Part shown: positions 40,566-52,497 of the stretch, in pieces
How the letters are laid out: the number at the start of each line of letters is the position of its first letter
Numbering within the stretch: position 1 is the first letter of the stretch
DNA from: Marsupella aquatica
Taxonomy: Eukaryota > Plantae > Marchantiophyta
Assembly (NCBI GenBank): GCA_973895155.1
Contig: OZ316891.1
Coordinates: 18,997,048 to 19,061,047 of the forward strand
Reading direction: 5' to 3'
Length of the DNA: 64,000 bases
Notes under the pieces: generated by a model
Databases searched by the model: none
The model's input: the letters and a program-made list of their open reading frames with translations, nothing else
What the model was told of the DNA's origin: nothing
Position numbers and translations under genes: made by a program

Positions 40566-43500
40566 TACGTACATCATTCTTATGGATCAAATCACCGAAT
40601 CAGGAACTCCTGCCCAAAGTCAGAGGACAACTGTGTTTAATATTCTCAGTCTGCATCAGAAGAAAGATAAGTTGAAGACCCATCTAGGTCGCGCAGAATC
40701 TCTGAAAGCAAAGAATCTGGCAATTGAGATATTGGTTCTCTTTCCATACTATGTTTGTTCTGGGAACTTTGACCGGCCCAAAACCCTTGTAGCCACCAGT
40801 AAAATGAACGTTACCTCGAATTGTTTATGATGGTCTTTAAAATGTCATTATGGACAGGCCAAATAAAACATCTCTTATGCAGAACCAGGGATTATCATTG
40901 TCAATACAAGTTTTGACTGATTTGTCTCAGGTGACCCGAAGATTACGTTGACTTTATGGTGGCCATAATTCAAATTCTCATAGTAACGAGTCATCAAAAA
41001 CTCCGTGGTTAAACTTGGATTGGCTTGTGATCTTCGGAGTTGTTGCACCCTCTCTTACTACTACGCATTAACAATGCTTGTGGAACTCGGAAGAATGGAT
41101 TGATGTTAATGGACTCTTTTTCCAACTCCCTTGTAATGATGCAGCTTTGCCGCCATCTCCTACACATCAGTTGTTCAACAACATCAAGCATCATATCAAC
41201 GAGGTAATTACCACCCCTCTGATGGTGAGACCTCCTGCAAGCTGGACACAAAATTAGCAAAGTAAGTCTTTTCCTGATAGTCGACTGTTAAATCTTGAGG
41301 AGAGTCCATACGACAGTTCCAGAATCTTCGCTGTTGAATCTCGGTGAGAAGCAGAGAAAACGACTCGATCACCTTCAATCCTACCTGTCACTGAAGAGGA
41401 AATAGTAACTGCAAACCAAGCATCCTCCCAAATTCTTCGTGCATATTTCAAATCATTGCGAAGCGTCTAATTTCGAGAAGATCGATCTAACATTTCCAGA
41501 ATACTGTGGTAAGTTGTCAGTGCCTCTCTACTAGTGTATTGCATTTCGGACTATTGACTCTACACCTGCACTAGACGAACACCTCCAAGGTTGCAGAGTT
41601 GTCATGCTGTAGCACTGCAGACAGACGCAAAATGTGGCAATAACACGCGAATTGAAAGGACCCAGAGGCTGCCATAAACCTTGGCTGACAAATGATTCAA
41701 AGGGAAAAATGGGAAAATTTGAATACTTCATTTCAAACTTACCTTAGGCCAAGGCCAAAATCGCCAGAGCTGATTAGATCTGACGGCTGTCAATATGATC
41801 AGAAATCTTAGAAGTTGCAAATGTAATCTCGAGTCTGTTACAATACTGGTGAGCACTCCATGTCTGCACCATACTCTCATGTTCTGAATCCGTTTTGTTT
41901 GTTTTGAAGAAACTAGCACACTAAACACTACTGGATTTCTCGTTTGGGTTTTAGTGTCATTTTGAAGATTTGTTCTTAAATGAAAATCATATTTAAACGT
42001 TAAATATACATCACATTACCAAAGACCAAAGTAAACATCAAACGTAGAGACAAGATTTCAAAGACAAGAGAACCAATAAATGGGGAAAACGATGGAAAAG
42101 CCCCGGAACACTAAAGAGCAAAAGACACTGAGAATCCCACACACAGATGGCACATGGACTAAAGCCCTTCTCAGCAGTAACTGAAAAGTTTAAAACTCAC
42201 GAGTAAAACGGCATAAGAGGGTCACCAAGAGGGAATTTGTCTCGAGTCTCTAAAACCAACACACTCTGCAATACAACAAATACTGGTTGAAGGCAATGGT
42301 GACATAAACCAAGAATAAGGTCCTAGCTCCACAAAAGACAACACGTAATTGCAACAAATGTATTTTTCTCTTTGTCTTATTCAGTGCCTTATTGAAAGAG
42401 TGCACTGTTCAAATTTGGATATTGGGGGCGTTGTGCCCAAAATTTAAGCATAACGCAAAAGGCTTTACATTGGGTGCAAAGCCCCAGGCACCTCCAAAAC
42501 TTAATACCCTTTGTAAATTTTCTCTTTGTAATGCTGGGGGCATTTACGTAAATGAAGCCAGAGATTTAGATTGACTCTTAGAGCATTTGGGTCTACACTC
42601 ATGGTGTATGTCATATGGTATGGGTCCTATATATTGTCTGTGTCAGAACGTTTGTGGTTTGTTTGTGACAGGCATTCCTTAACGCCGGCCAATGAGCTTC
42701 TGGTGGACCATTACGCGCATAGAGTCGACCTTTATACGCAATAATGGTCCATTGCAAGACCATTACCCTATACATTATACTCTTATCAAAATTAGTAAAC
42801 TAAAACTCCAGTAGGTCATTAAGTGTGATTGCTAATAATAGCCCCTCAAAACCTGTTGTTGCTGAAGTTCTCGTTTTGGGGGGCATATATCACACAAAGC
42901 TCAGGAAACACGACTTTACTATATACGGATGGTGTACCAAAACGAACAGGTAAAACAAGTTCTCAAGGTAGCTAGCCGCACAAGCCTCCTCTTTAATTAA
43001 ACATGACTTCCTCCAAATGAAGGGTCTGCAACTACTACGGGGGAAAGACTCCCTCGAAACGATAAGATCTATCACCTGGAATAGCAATACCATCTTAGGG
43101 TGGAATACATATTTGAGGATGTGGTTTTGTCATTTGTAGAACAGTTGCATTCTACCCTTTTGGAGTTTTGGGTGGAATATATAATTTTAGGGAGCCGGTT
43201 AGTTAATAATGGCTTTGCCCACTTTGTCCTACGCACAGTCAATGTTGCCCAGAGCCCCAGAGCATCATTCTCACCTCACGGAGTCACGGCACCCACCGCG
43301 CCTTACAAGAACAGCACGGGAGATTCCACGGAATCGGACAAGCGCTTCTGTCGATTAGAAGAACAGCATAAGGACAGCATAAAGGACAACTACGCTAACG
43401 TCCAAGAATATCGGGTGCCTGGCTGCGTCCCGTGAATCATTCTCCCGTCATCCACTGTACGAGGAAAGGAAGGAAGCACGTGGCATTTTAATATGGTTAT

Positions 43501-44695
43501 ATGATTATTTAATACAGTCCATCCCTCAAATCTACGGCCGATACAGAGAGCTAGAATTTCTCTATATATATTGGATATCATTACCTCTTAGATCAGATAT
43601 GGAGAAACATTACTAGGAGTCTCAAACCTGAAGAAAGATACCTGGGCCCGCACGTTAGAGGTTTTGGCCCTTGGTCACAAGTGGTAACATAAGCTTTTGC
43701 GAGTCAGCCAAAACTTTTCTTCTTTTCTTCAGTGAAACCTGTGACCGTGACCATAGGCAAAACTGAGAGGTTTGAGACTACCCACAACTCTGGAATCACA
43801 AGTTGAAGCCCAATTGACCAGCCGTGAACTGTCCAGCTCCCATGGTCACCAATGTTTGCAGGTGTCAATACTGATTGGAAGAGTATCCAAGCATATTGGG
43901 AAACTTAGTTTGTCGAGGTCCATCCTTTGACATATTGTAGGGGCAATTTGATACAATAATCTAATTATATAATTGCAAAATGAACCTAGTGGTCAGGGCC
44001 TATAATCTAGAGTAAGACCTCTAGACAGTGACTCTGGGGTCTGAACTCGAATTTAGGGTTGCAATAACAAAATTGTGATTTGGGTCAGGGTGAGTCTCTC
44101 AAAATGACAAATGTGCGATCCCGGAGTTGGTGCACTTGTGCCAGATTATTAATATCCTCACCTTTATTTTACCTTCAAACAATGGGAGTCAAGCTAGTCC
44201 CCTAGAATACTAGGTATTCTTTACATGGAGCATGGCCACCGGTAGGTTGATTGGGTTAACCTGACCCACAGTAGTCCAACAGATTCCTAATATCCTGACT
44301 CGGGTTTATCATTAGGGGGTCTCAAGCCTAGAGAGTTGATGAACCTAGACTTAGTATTTAAGAGTTACAGACATGAAACCTTAAGGACTACCAAATTCAC
44401 AGTTCATGACTTTTTGCCACAAAGATTGGTCAATTGTGATGACCATGAGTCATTCTAGAGGCTAGTGATATAATAATAATAATTTTACACCACCCTGTGA
44501 AAAAGGTATGGCCATGAATTTTTTAGACCCCTTATTTTACATTCAAAGTGGGCAGTTGAGCTACAGCAATTCTATAAATCTAAGTAACTAATCACAATGA
44601 GAAGCTAGAGTTGGGGTGGGGTCTAGGCTTCTAGAGTGGCAACCTCTAGACCTTGACCCTAAGAACCCACCAAAATGAAAGAAAATTATGGGATA

Positions 44696-44929
44696 CGAGC
44701 CCTATGCCCATGCGTTGCACGGCGCAAGGAGGGCCAGTCCATAGGGTGGCGGGATGGGGCACTATGGGGCAGCAGGAAGCACATATTTGTCAGGGGTGCA
44801 CATTTCCACCATCAATGGTTAGGGAAAATAACCAATCGATCCAACGGCTGTGGATCTTTCCCTCCCAGGTACTTTTTTGTATTGAGACAAAGGACAAAAA
44901 AAAAGGGGATCCTTTATTATAGTTGTAGA
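44696..44929 (-). mobile_element. 234-bp non-autonomous Helitron
   Basis: Minus strand reads A|TCTACAACTATAATAAAGG...CCGTGCAACGCATGG GCATAGGG CTCG|T: 5' TC, 3' subterminal hairpin, CTCG (CTRR-like) end, inserted between A and T with no TSD. Confidence 0.7.
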
Positions 44930-45778
44930 TTATTGGTTGAACTTTCAATTCAGTTTGTGGTGGGGACCCTAAAATGCCTCCAAATCTTTTTCATTGCATA
45001 TTATTTTGTGTATACTATTCTCCAAAATACAGTGTACACTACTGTAGGGAGTGCATTTGCAATAGTTGCAACTTTTTTCTTTTCTTGAAAGGAGCACTTT
45101 ATTCAATGGTAAATAAAATCCAATAAAAACAGGGAGCACATTTGCAATAATTAAACTTATGTGACCAAACCTCTTTGATCACGGGCCTGGCCTGGTGTAT
45201 GTCAGAAGTATTCTTGCATTCAAAGATCATATTACTTCATATTCAAAGATGCAAAGAATGGGTATATTGAATTGAACGTTCAAAAACTGGGCATACGACA
45301 GGAAGTATTTTTACGGAAGCAAGGGCACCGGCAGGTTGACCGGGTCAACTGGACTGACCCGCAGCAGCCGGGAGCGGGTGCGGACTGGACCGGGGCGAAG
45401 CTACTACAGTCCTACTGTAGTAGAACGGTAAGCAAGCAACCGAGTAAAAGCTGCGGCGGCAAACGTAGTCCTCGTCGCCAAAACCCACATGCAAAAAAAG
45501 TCTGATCATGACGAACGAAAGACTGACCTCTACTGGCTCTCCCAAGTCTGTCCCAAAGTCGTCGTCCCTTCACTCCATAGCTCTGCATAGCTTTTCGTCA
45601 CCATACACACCGGGTCTCGCATGCCTGAATCGTGATCCACTTCCTCGGCTGCGGTCGATATAGTGAAATGAAATCATCGAGCAAGTAACTAACTGTAGCA
45701 GCAGAGCAGCAGAAGCAGAAGCAGAAGCTAGCGCTGGAGCACCAGATTTCCTGAAACGAGGAGAATTGATTGATCGTC

Positions 45779-47533
45779 ATGGCGATGACTGCGGCTGCTG
45801 CTGCGAGGTCGAGCAAGGGCGAATTGCTCTTGCTCGTCGGACTCGCGGTGTGTCTGCTCTCGTTCAACGGCGTCGTGCGCGGTGACGATCCCGATCAGGT
45901 GCTGGACTTCTGCGTCGCCGTGCTTGAGACGGGGACGACACCCCCGGGAGATGTGTGGCAGACTGGCACGGAAGACCCCACGTGGGCGCAATCCTCCGAT
46001 CCATCGCAAATGGGAGTCGCAGCTGAACGTGAGTGAGCTCTATGACCTGGTTGATTGATTGATTCCTTCTTTTAAATTAGCTGCACTTCTGCATGATCTA
46101 GTTCATTCCTTCTTCATGATTAGCTAGCTACAATTCTGATGCATTTGAGCCCTAGTGAGGTGTATGACCAGTGATACGAATGTCTTGTTGAATGATTCCT
46201 TCTTCTTAATTACCTACAATTCTGCGTGATCGCGTTCATTCCTTCGTGATAGCTCCAATTCTGCGGGATTGGAGCCCTCGAAACTGTTTTTGGATGCAAT
46301 TGAGTTCTGTCTGGGGCGCGGATCCACGATCAGGTTCCCGCAGGTCTTCCATCCGGGAGATGGTGTGAGGTTTAAATTGTTTTTGTGTTTTGACCGACGC
46401 GGGTGGCAATAGCCTGGCGTCCAATTGTCTCGATCTCTCTGATACGGTATACATGGATGCTGATTGCTTCGTGTAATGGACGCAGTGAACGATACGACTG
46501 ACAGTACCTTCCCATGCAAAGACCTGGCCAAGGTGAGTGTGAAGGACTTCGTGTGCAGTGAATTGGGTAAGCCGAAGAAGGTGACGAGCAAATTGGGCTC
46601 GCTGGTGACGAAAGCAAGTGTCACCGAATTCCCCGCGGTGAACACGCTGGGGATTTCCACTGCTAGAATTGATTTTGTGAAGAATGGACTGAACCCGCCT
46701 CACTCACATCCACGGGGCACCGAGCTTCTGTATGTGCTCTCGGGCTCACTTCTCGTCGGCTTTGTCGACACAAACAACACCCTCTTCCAACAGACGCTTC
46801 AGGTACAGTACTAACCTAGATTTGGTAGCTCCAGTCAGTTTCATTTTTCTTCCTGTTGTTCGTAGCTTGTCGATTAGATTCCTCTCTCGGGCTGGCACGG
46901 CAAGTCCACTGGAAAGACCAGAAGCAATTTCAAGGTGGCTTTTAAATCTTGCATTTCAAAATTAAAGTATTGTTGACCTCCTTGTGCAACATATGTGGCT
47001 TTGACGCAATAAATTATTCGATTCGATTTGTTTGGTACTGTAGACAGGTGAGTTTGTACTAACCTCCGTTTGAATTGGTAGCTCTAGTCAGTTTCATTTT
47101 ACTCCCTGTTGTTCTTAGCTGGTCGATCAGATTGGTCTCGCTAAGGCTGGAACAGTAATTGCAGTGGAAAGCCCAGGAGCAATCTATGACACAGCTCTTA
47201 ATTCTGGCATATCGAAATATATTGTTGACCTAGCTGTGCAATTATATGTGCTTGAACGCAATGAATAATTCGATTTACTTTTGTTGGAAACTGTAGACGG
47301 GTGATTTGTTCGTGTTCCCCAAAGGCTTGCTGCACTTCCAGATGGAAGTGGGATGGGGATCGGCGTCTGCATTCGCCGGCTTCGACAGCCAGAATCCGGG
47401 AACTTTGCAGTTTGTCGCGGCTCTCCTGGGCTCCAACCCGCCGATCACAGCCAATGTGCTCGAGGCTGCCTTCGCCACCGACCAGAAAACCTTGGAAACG
47501 CTAGAATGGGGATTCAGCCAGACGCTGCATTGA
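45779..47533 (+). CDS. Germin-like protein (cupin, Mn-binding), secreted
   Basis: Exons 45779-46028, 46486-46802 and 47297-47533. Signal peptide, DDPDQVLDFCVA, FPCKD, FPAVNTLGISTARIDF, germin box GLNPPHSHPRGTE, TGDLFVFPKGLLHFQ, FDSQNPG. All four Mn ligands (H, H, E, H) are present. Confidence 0.93.
46808..47310 (+). repeat. Diverged ~250-bp tandem duplication forming germin intron 2
   Basis: GTACTAACCT..TTGGTAGCTC.AGTCAGTTTCATTTT..CCTGTTGTTC.TAGCT.GTCGAT.AGATT..TATTGTTGACCT..GTGCAA..ACGCAAT..ATTCGATT..ACTGTAGAC.GGTGA occurs twice. Confidence 0.85.
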
Positions 47534-48271
47534 CGGAGCTAAGACTACTGTAGTAACTGGATTTGGACACACAATCATATGACTGGCCAATGACCAGCGG
47601 GAGCTGCCAAACGTAAGTAAGCTCGGGCTTGCTCATCCAACACAGTGGCAGAAGCGCTTGCAGCTTAACTTATAGTGACAGTGTCATGTGGTGTGAAGTG
47701 AGGAAGCAACACCAGACAAGTACGGTGACTTCAGCCTAGCCAGACCCCTCAAAAATATATGAACTTTTAATACTGTGGGTTGGTAGGAGACATATAGGTT
47801 TCCTTCCCGAGTCACAATAAGCACAGAGAGGAGAACCCCTGTTACCGGGATGTAAAGTGTACAGTAAGGTATCTACTCTTGTTTTCGATTCCAAGACTCT
47901 AGAAGGTCAAGTGCAAATTATAACATTAAGTTATTCCTCGGATATGAGGTGTACACTTATCTTCTACCGTGGTTTCGTGTTTTTCCCCCGTGATTATTGA
48001 AACTCCCATCCACGTATGAATATTCATCTCCACTGTCGTGACGACCATTCCGAGGTATATTTATATCAAAATGAAACGAAATATTGATGTAGATTAGTTC
48101 ATTCACCAGAAAAGGACAGCAATGACGAGGCACAGCAAGTTGATCTCATCTGGTTTTGATGTTTAACCGGGAAAAATGACCAAAACGATAGCCTCACGTC
48201 TTGTCAAATCCTAAATGAGTGCCAAATTACATGTCCAATCCACCCTCATAATTATCTCTACAAAAATAATG

Positions 48272-48690
48272 CACACTCTCCCTGCAACTTTGCACATTCA
48301 TTTCCAGTTGCTGGACTACGCCCCATAGCACCCGACTACCCGGCCGCCTCACTTCCACTTGGACAACAGTCCCGCACGACAATAGTATGCAGCGTACTGG
48401 CATTGGGGTCGACAGTAGAGATATGTGGCCATTTCAACTCTACCATGAGGGTTGTACCACAGGCCTGCAAATCATGTACACAGACACCTACAACTTTGCA
48501 CATTCCTAGAAATCCAGTTCTTGGTCGTACCACGCACCACAGTGCCCGACTACCCAGCCGCCTCACTTGCATTCGACAACAGTTAGGCACAATAATAGTG
48601 TGCAGCTCATTGGCATTGGGCTAGTACATATATGTGTCCATCCATGAGGGTTCTAGTCCAGGCCTCTAAATCATCTACACTGTCTACCGC
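48272..48690. repeat. Diverged ~210-bp tandem repeat x2
   Basis: CAACTTTGCACATTC..CCCGACTACCC.GCCGCCTCACTT..GACAACAGT..TGGCATTGGG..CCATGAGGGTT..AGGCCT..AAATCAT occurs twice. Confidence 0.8.
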
Positions 48691-48847
48691 AATTAGTGTG
48701 ACTAGTGTAGTCACGCTAATTGCATAGCTCTTAAATTTTTCTCGATCACATGAAATAATGAGTTACATTAATTCGAGTCACATGAAATAGTGGTACATTA
48801 ATATTGGTGTAACTCTAGTTGCAGTTTACATCAAGTCACACTAATTG
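48690..48847. mobile_element. MITE-like element with 14-bp terminal inverted repeats
   Basis: CAATTAGTGTGACT at the left end and AGTCACACTAATTG at the right end, with an AT-rich interior. No clear TSD. Confidence 0.4.
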
Positions 48848-51366
48848 ATGTCATATATTACTTCAAGTGCTCGATTGAGCTTCATTAAATTTAACAACAA
48901 AATTCTTTCACCCAGCAGCTTCAGGAGACCATTTGTGGAAGCAAACAATGACTTGGAGAATTGATTCAACCCAATCACTTTTGTTACAATTACTGCCAAT
49001 GCTAGCTGTTCAATAAAATTAAATATCGAGTGCACGGAGGATCACAACACACAGCAGAGGAGGATGTAAAACTACAGACGGTCAATAGCACAGCCGGCAG
49101 GACAACCTTATTTGGAGACATAGGGATGGGAGAAGCCTTGTTTGGAGACATAGGGATGGGAGAAGGCCAGACAATTGCTCCAAACCTCGGGTCAATTTTA
49201 GGATAGAGCGCTATGGCAGGAAAAGCATTGTAGGGAAGTAGGCAAATGAACTTCTCTCAGCCTGACTTGTCTTCAGAAATTGATCTGACACCAGTTATTA
49301 AATAGTGCAGAGTTCTCATTGTCATTAATGTTGAATATTGCAATCATGACACCAGTCTTCAAATATTGCAGGGTTCTCACTGTCAACTATCTTGAAAATT
49401 GCAATCATGCTCATGTCTGTGAATATTGTCGTCTTCGATTGTTCTTTTTTCATAACTTTCATAAGCCAGTAAAGAGTGCTTTCATAAGCATGTAAACAGT
49501 GTGGTATCCTGTTTGCTCAGATTGTTCTTTTCTCACAACTTTCATAAGCCTGTGGTATGTTGTGCTATCTTGTCTTCTCAGATAGTAGTAGGCTATTCGC
49601 GGACACCATAATTGCTCACTCACACAAATTGAGGTGAACAGTGTGATATACTATGACGACATCTGCAATATCTTCTAAAGTCAAATGTAAAATTCCCTTT
49701 TCTAGAGTGGTCGTCAATCACACGTATGACAATAGATGCTGTGCTGTTGTTTCAGATATAGATATGGAGATCTACTGGTGACCAGTTGTAGAAAAATCTT
49801 AGTTCTCTTCAGGTGACTATCGCAGAACCTACTTAGGAAAAACGATTAATATATAGTAGCACAATTAGTGGTTGGTTCTCATTATGGTCTAGCTGTGACA
49901 GCATTCGCTCATTTGTGTCTCCCGTGTACAGGACATTCACTTCGTGGGATGTGTTTACACAGGTACGCAGCAGCCAGCTAGGTAACCCAGTCACGAGAGA
50001 TACTACCAAGAACAATGAACAAGATTGTTTGGTTTTAGAATCTTAGTCCAGGTTTTGCACAAAATGTTAAGATCTGGCCCTTATGACTCTCATTACAAGA
50101 AGCCAGAGCTTGTTGCCACAGCGGCACCAGAGGTCGACACAGTACCGACGGAGTTCTACTTGTTAGATCAGGTACAGAATTTGCACCCTACATTCACCAC
50201 CCCATGTTGACTAGCGAAGCCAAAAATTAATAATTGGAAGATGGAATCTCACGGCTCATTAACATGGGCATCTCGTAAGAGCTCTGTTGATATATCCAAT
50301 AACATAAGATGGAAACCAATCCCTTGCTTGTCCCGAGAAACAACCTAGAATAGCAGCACAAACAAGAATGGATGGCTTAGATGTGACAACCACGTTTTCT
50401 CGAAACGTACAAAACTGCTCGACCTAATGACTTTGCTCATCCATCAATGAAAAGTTTACAGGACTTCAGCCTTCTGTCCAATAGACACGAGCAGATTGTC
50501 GAGATATCAGCACGGTCTCCAATATCCGTCCTCCAATATCAGGGAAACTGTCCCCACAGAAACGCGCATTCTTCATGTTAATTGGACAACGTCAAAACGG
50601 CAGCTTATAATTGATGGACTGAAGTGAAATTGGAGACTGGAATTCACCTCTCATGCTTATTACACAGGCCAAAACGGCAGGTTATAACTGATGGACTTCA
50701 ATGAAATTGGGAGACTAGGATTCACCTCGGCCTACAAAAACAAGTACATCAAGCGAGTCCGAAGTCGTTGAAGAGAACCAACGGAAAAAAGAAAAGAAAA
50801 AGTGCTGGGGAGATGCAAAATCGTTACAGCCTTCACTGGAGCAAGAACACTGACAGTCTTGAGAACTCGTATTTAGAACGGTAAGGGTCCAAGACTTACT
50901 CAAAAGCCAGTGAGCTAGATGCGAATCCTAGACGGTACAGACAAGTCTTGCCACTAACCAGAAGAAATACTTGGCGCGTCCGATAGGACGCAACTCACGC
51001 GAAGCAAGTGAAACATATCCTTCAACGTCGGAATCAGCGAGTTTAAATTCAGATATCCACTGATTACCAAAATATGTACAGGTCTGCATGAGATGGGTCA
51101 CGTCATGCTTTTGCTATGATTCACCGAGGACTCAGTCCAACCTGGAATCTATTTCCTGAAATATTCGGGCCCATAAGAATAACACATCTACCTTGCAATG
51201 AATCAATGCCACCATGTGCAGTTCATTCGTTGCCTGCCACCATGGTTGTAAAAGCTTACAATATACAGATCTAACACAGAAACCCTTGCACTCCAAGGGT
51301 TTATGATCAAGTCAAGGGCTCCTCCTGTGATCCAGAATTAAAGTAACCCCAAACCCCAAAACCAAA

Positions 51367-52497
51367 TCAGGCTTGGGGTGTGTCTACGGTATTCGGATAC
51401 TCTAGCTTGATATCCAGAGTCCGGAATTCATCATCAAATTCTTCGGCCAGTGCCACATTCTGAAGTTCTTGGCTGTACTCCTGATAAGCGGGCTTGACCC
51501 GTCGAACTGGGACGGTCACCGAGTACACGGTACCTAGAGCTGGATCGGAAGAGACAGTCAACTGCACTTTATCCTCTGATTCTATTTCCACGAAGTCTGA
51601 CAGAGCACCGACGATGTTGTTGACTATCTTCCTCTTGGCATCATCGTTCACGGAGCACCGATCGGAGATGAGAATCATCTTGAGCCGTTGCTTTGCAATG
51701 TCTGCATTGGATGAGGTCTTGCGCTTCACAGGTGGAAACAAGATGCTCCAGGCCAAAGCCAACCTCTCGAAGAAATTGAGCTCCCCTTCGCCGCCGCTGC
51801 TGGTGTCCGCCGAGAGCAGGTCGCGCGCCTGCTCTGCAAAAAAATCGAAAGAAGGTTCATTTAGCTCGTCTCGCTTGTTCAGTGCGCGTCCCCTTATCGG
51901 ATCCTCCACCACTCTTCTGTAGCTCGCTCTCGATGCTGTAAATTGGACGACCAAACCTTGCCTCCTGCAAGACTTCGGCTGATAATCAAATGAAACACGA
52001 CGCAAACACTGGTACTCCTGCGTAGAATTCAACAAATGCAATTCAGCGCCGCTTTTAGGGCAATGCAGGAGAAAACCTCGTCCACCCACTTAGGGCGGCA
52101 AGAAGCTCGGAAACGAAGTCGAAAGACCATCCGGTCTTTTCCATGGCATAGGAGCAAACATAGCCATGAGAGCATAATCAGTACGATATCGTTAGAGAGG
52201 CACCACAAGAGAAGAAGGGACCGAATCACCGGGCAATTCTCATCTCATCTTTCTTCCTTTTAGCCATGTTTTCACATTCATGATTCCAGGTTCATCACAC
52301 ACCTTGACCGGAGTCACGGCTGAGAAAAAGGCTGCTGGTGTGGCGGACCCCCCTGTGCTAATGCTGCTGCTGCTGGCGCAGCTCGCTCTCCCTGAGAACA
52401 AACTTCTTGGCGCCGTTGTTGTTGTTGTGGAACAGAACAACAAGGCTGACGCCGTGGCTCCACTCTGCTGCACCGTTGTGGCCATAAGGCCACTCAT
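51367..52497 (-). CDS. MinE: Plastid division topological specificity factor MinE
   Basis: Exon 1 52497 (or 52485)-52303 encodes a Ser/Thr/Ala-rich transit peptide ending at an AAG|GT donor. Exon 2 52017-51367 has FFERLALAWSILFP, IAKQRLKMILISDRC, KIVNNIVGALSDFVEIESEDKVQL, LGTVYSVTVPVRRVKP. Confidence 0.92.

Noticed and set aside
43300-43576. Additional Helitron-like 5' ends (also ~850 and ~53949, minus strand)
   Set aside because: TC-start AT-rich ends are visible but no matching 3' hairpin plus CTRR could be located.
46253-46372. Possible extra germin exon within intron 1
   Set aside because: No acceptor/donor combination I found keeps phase with both flanking exons without a stop, and direct 46028/46486 splicing is already in frame.
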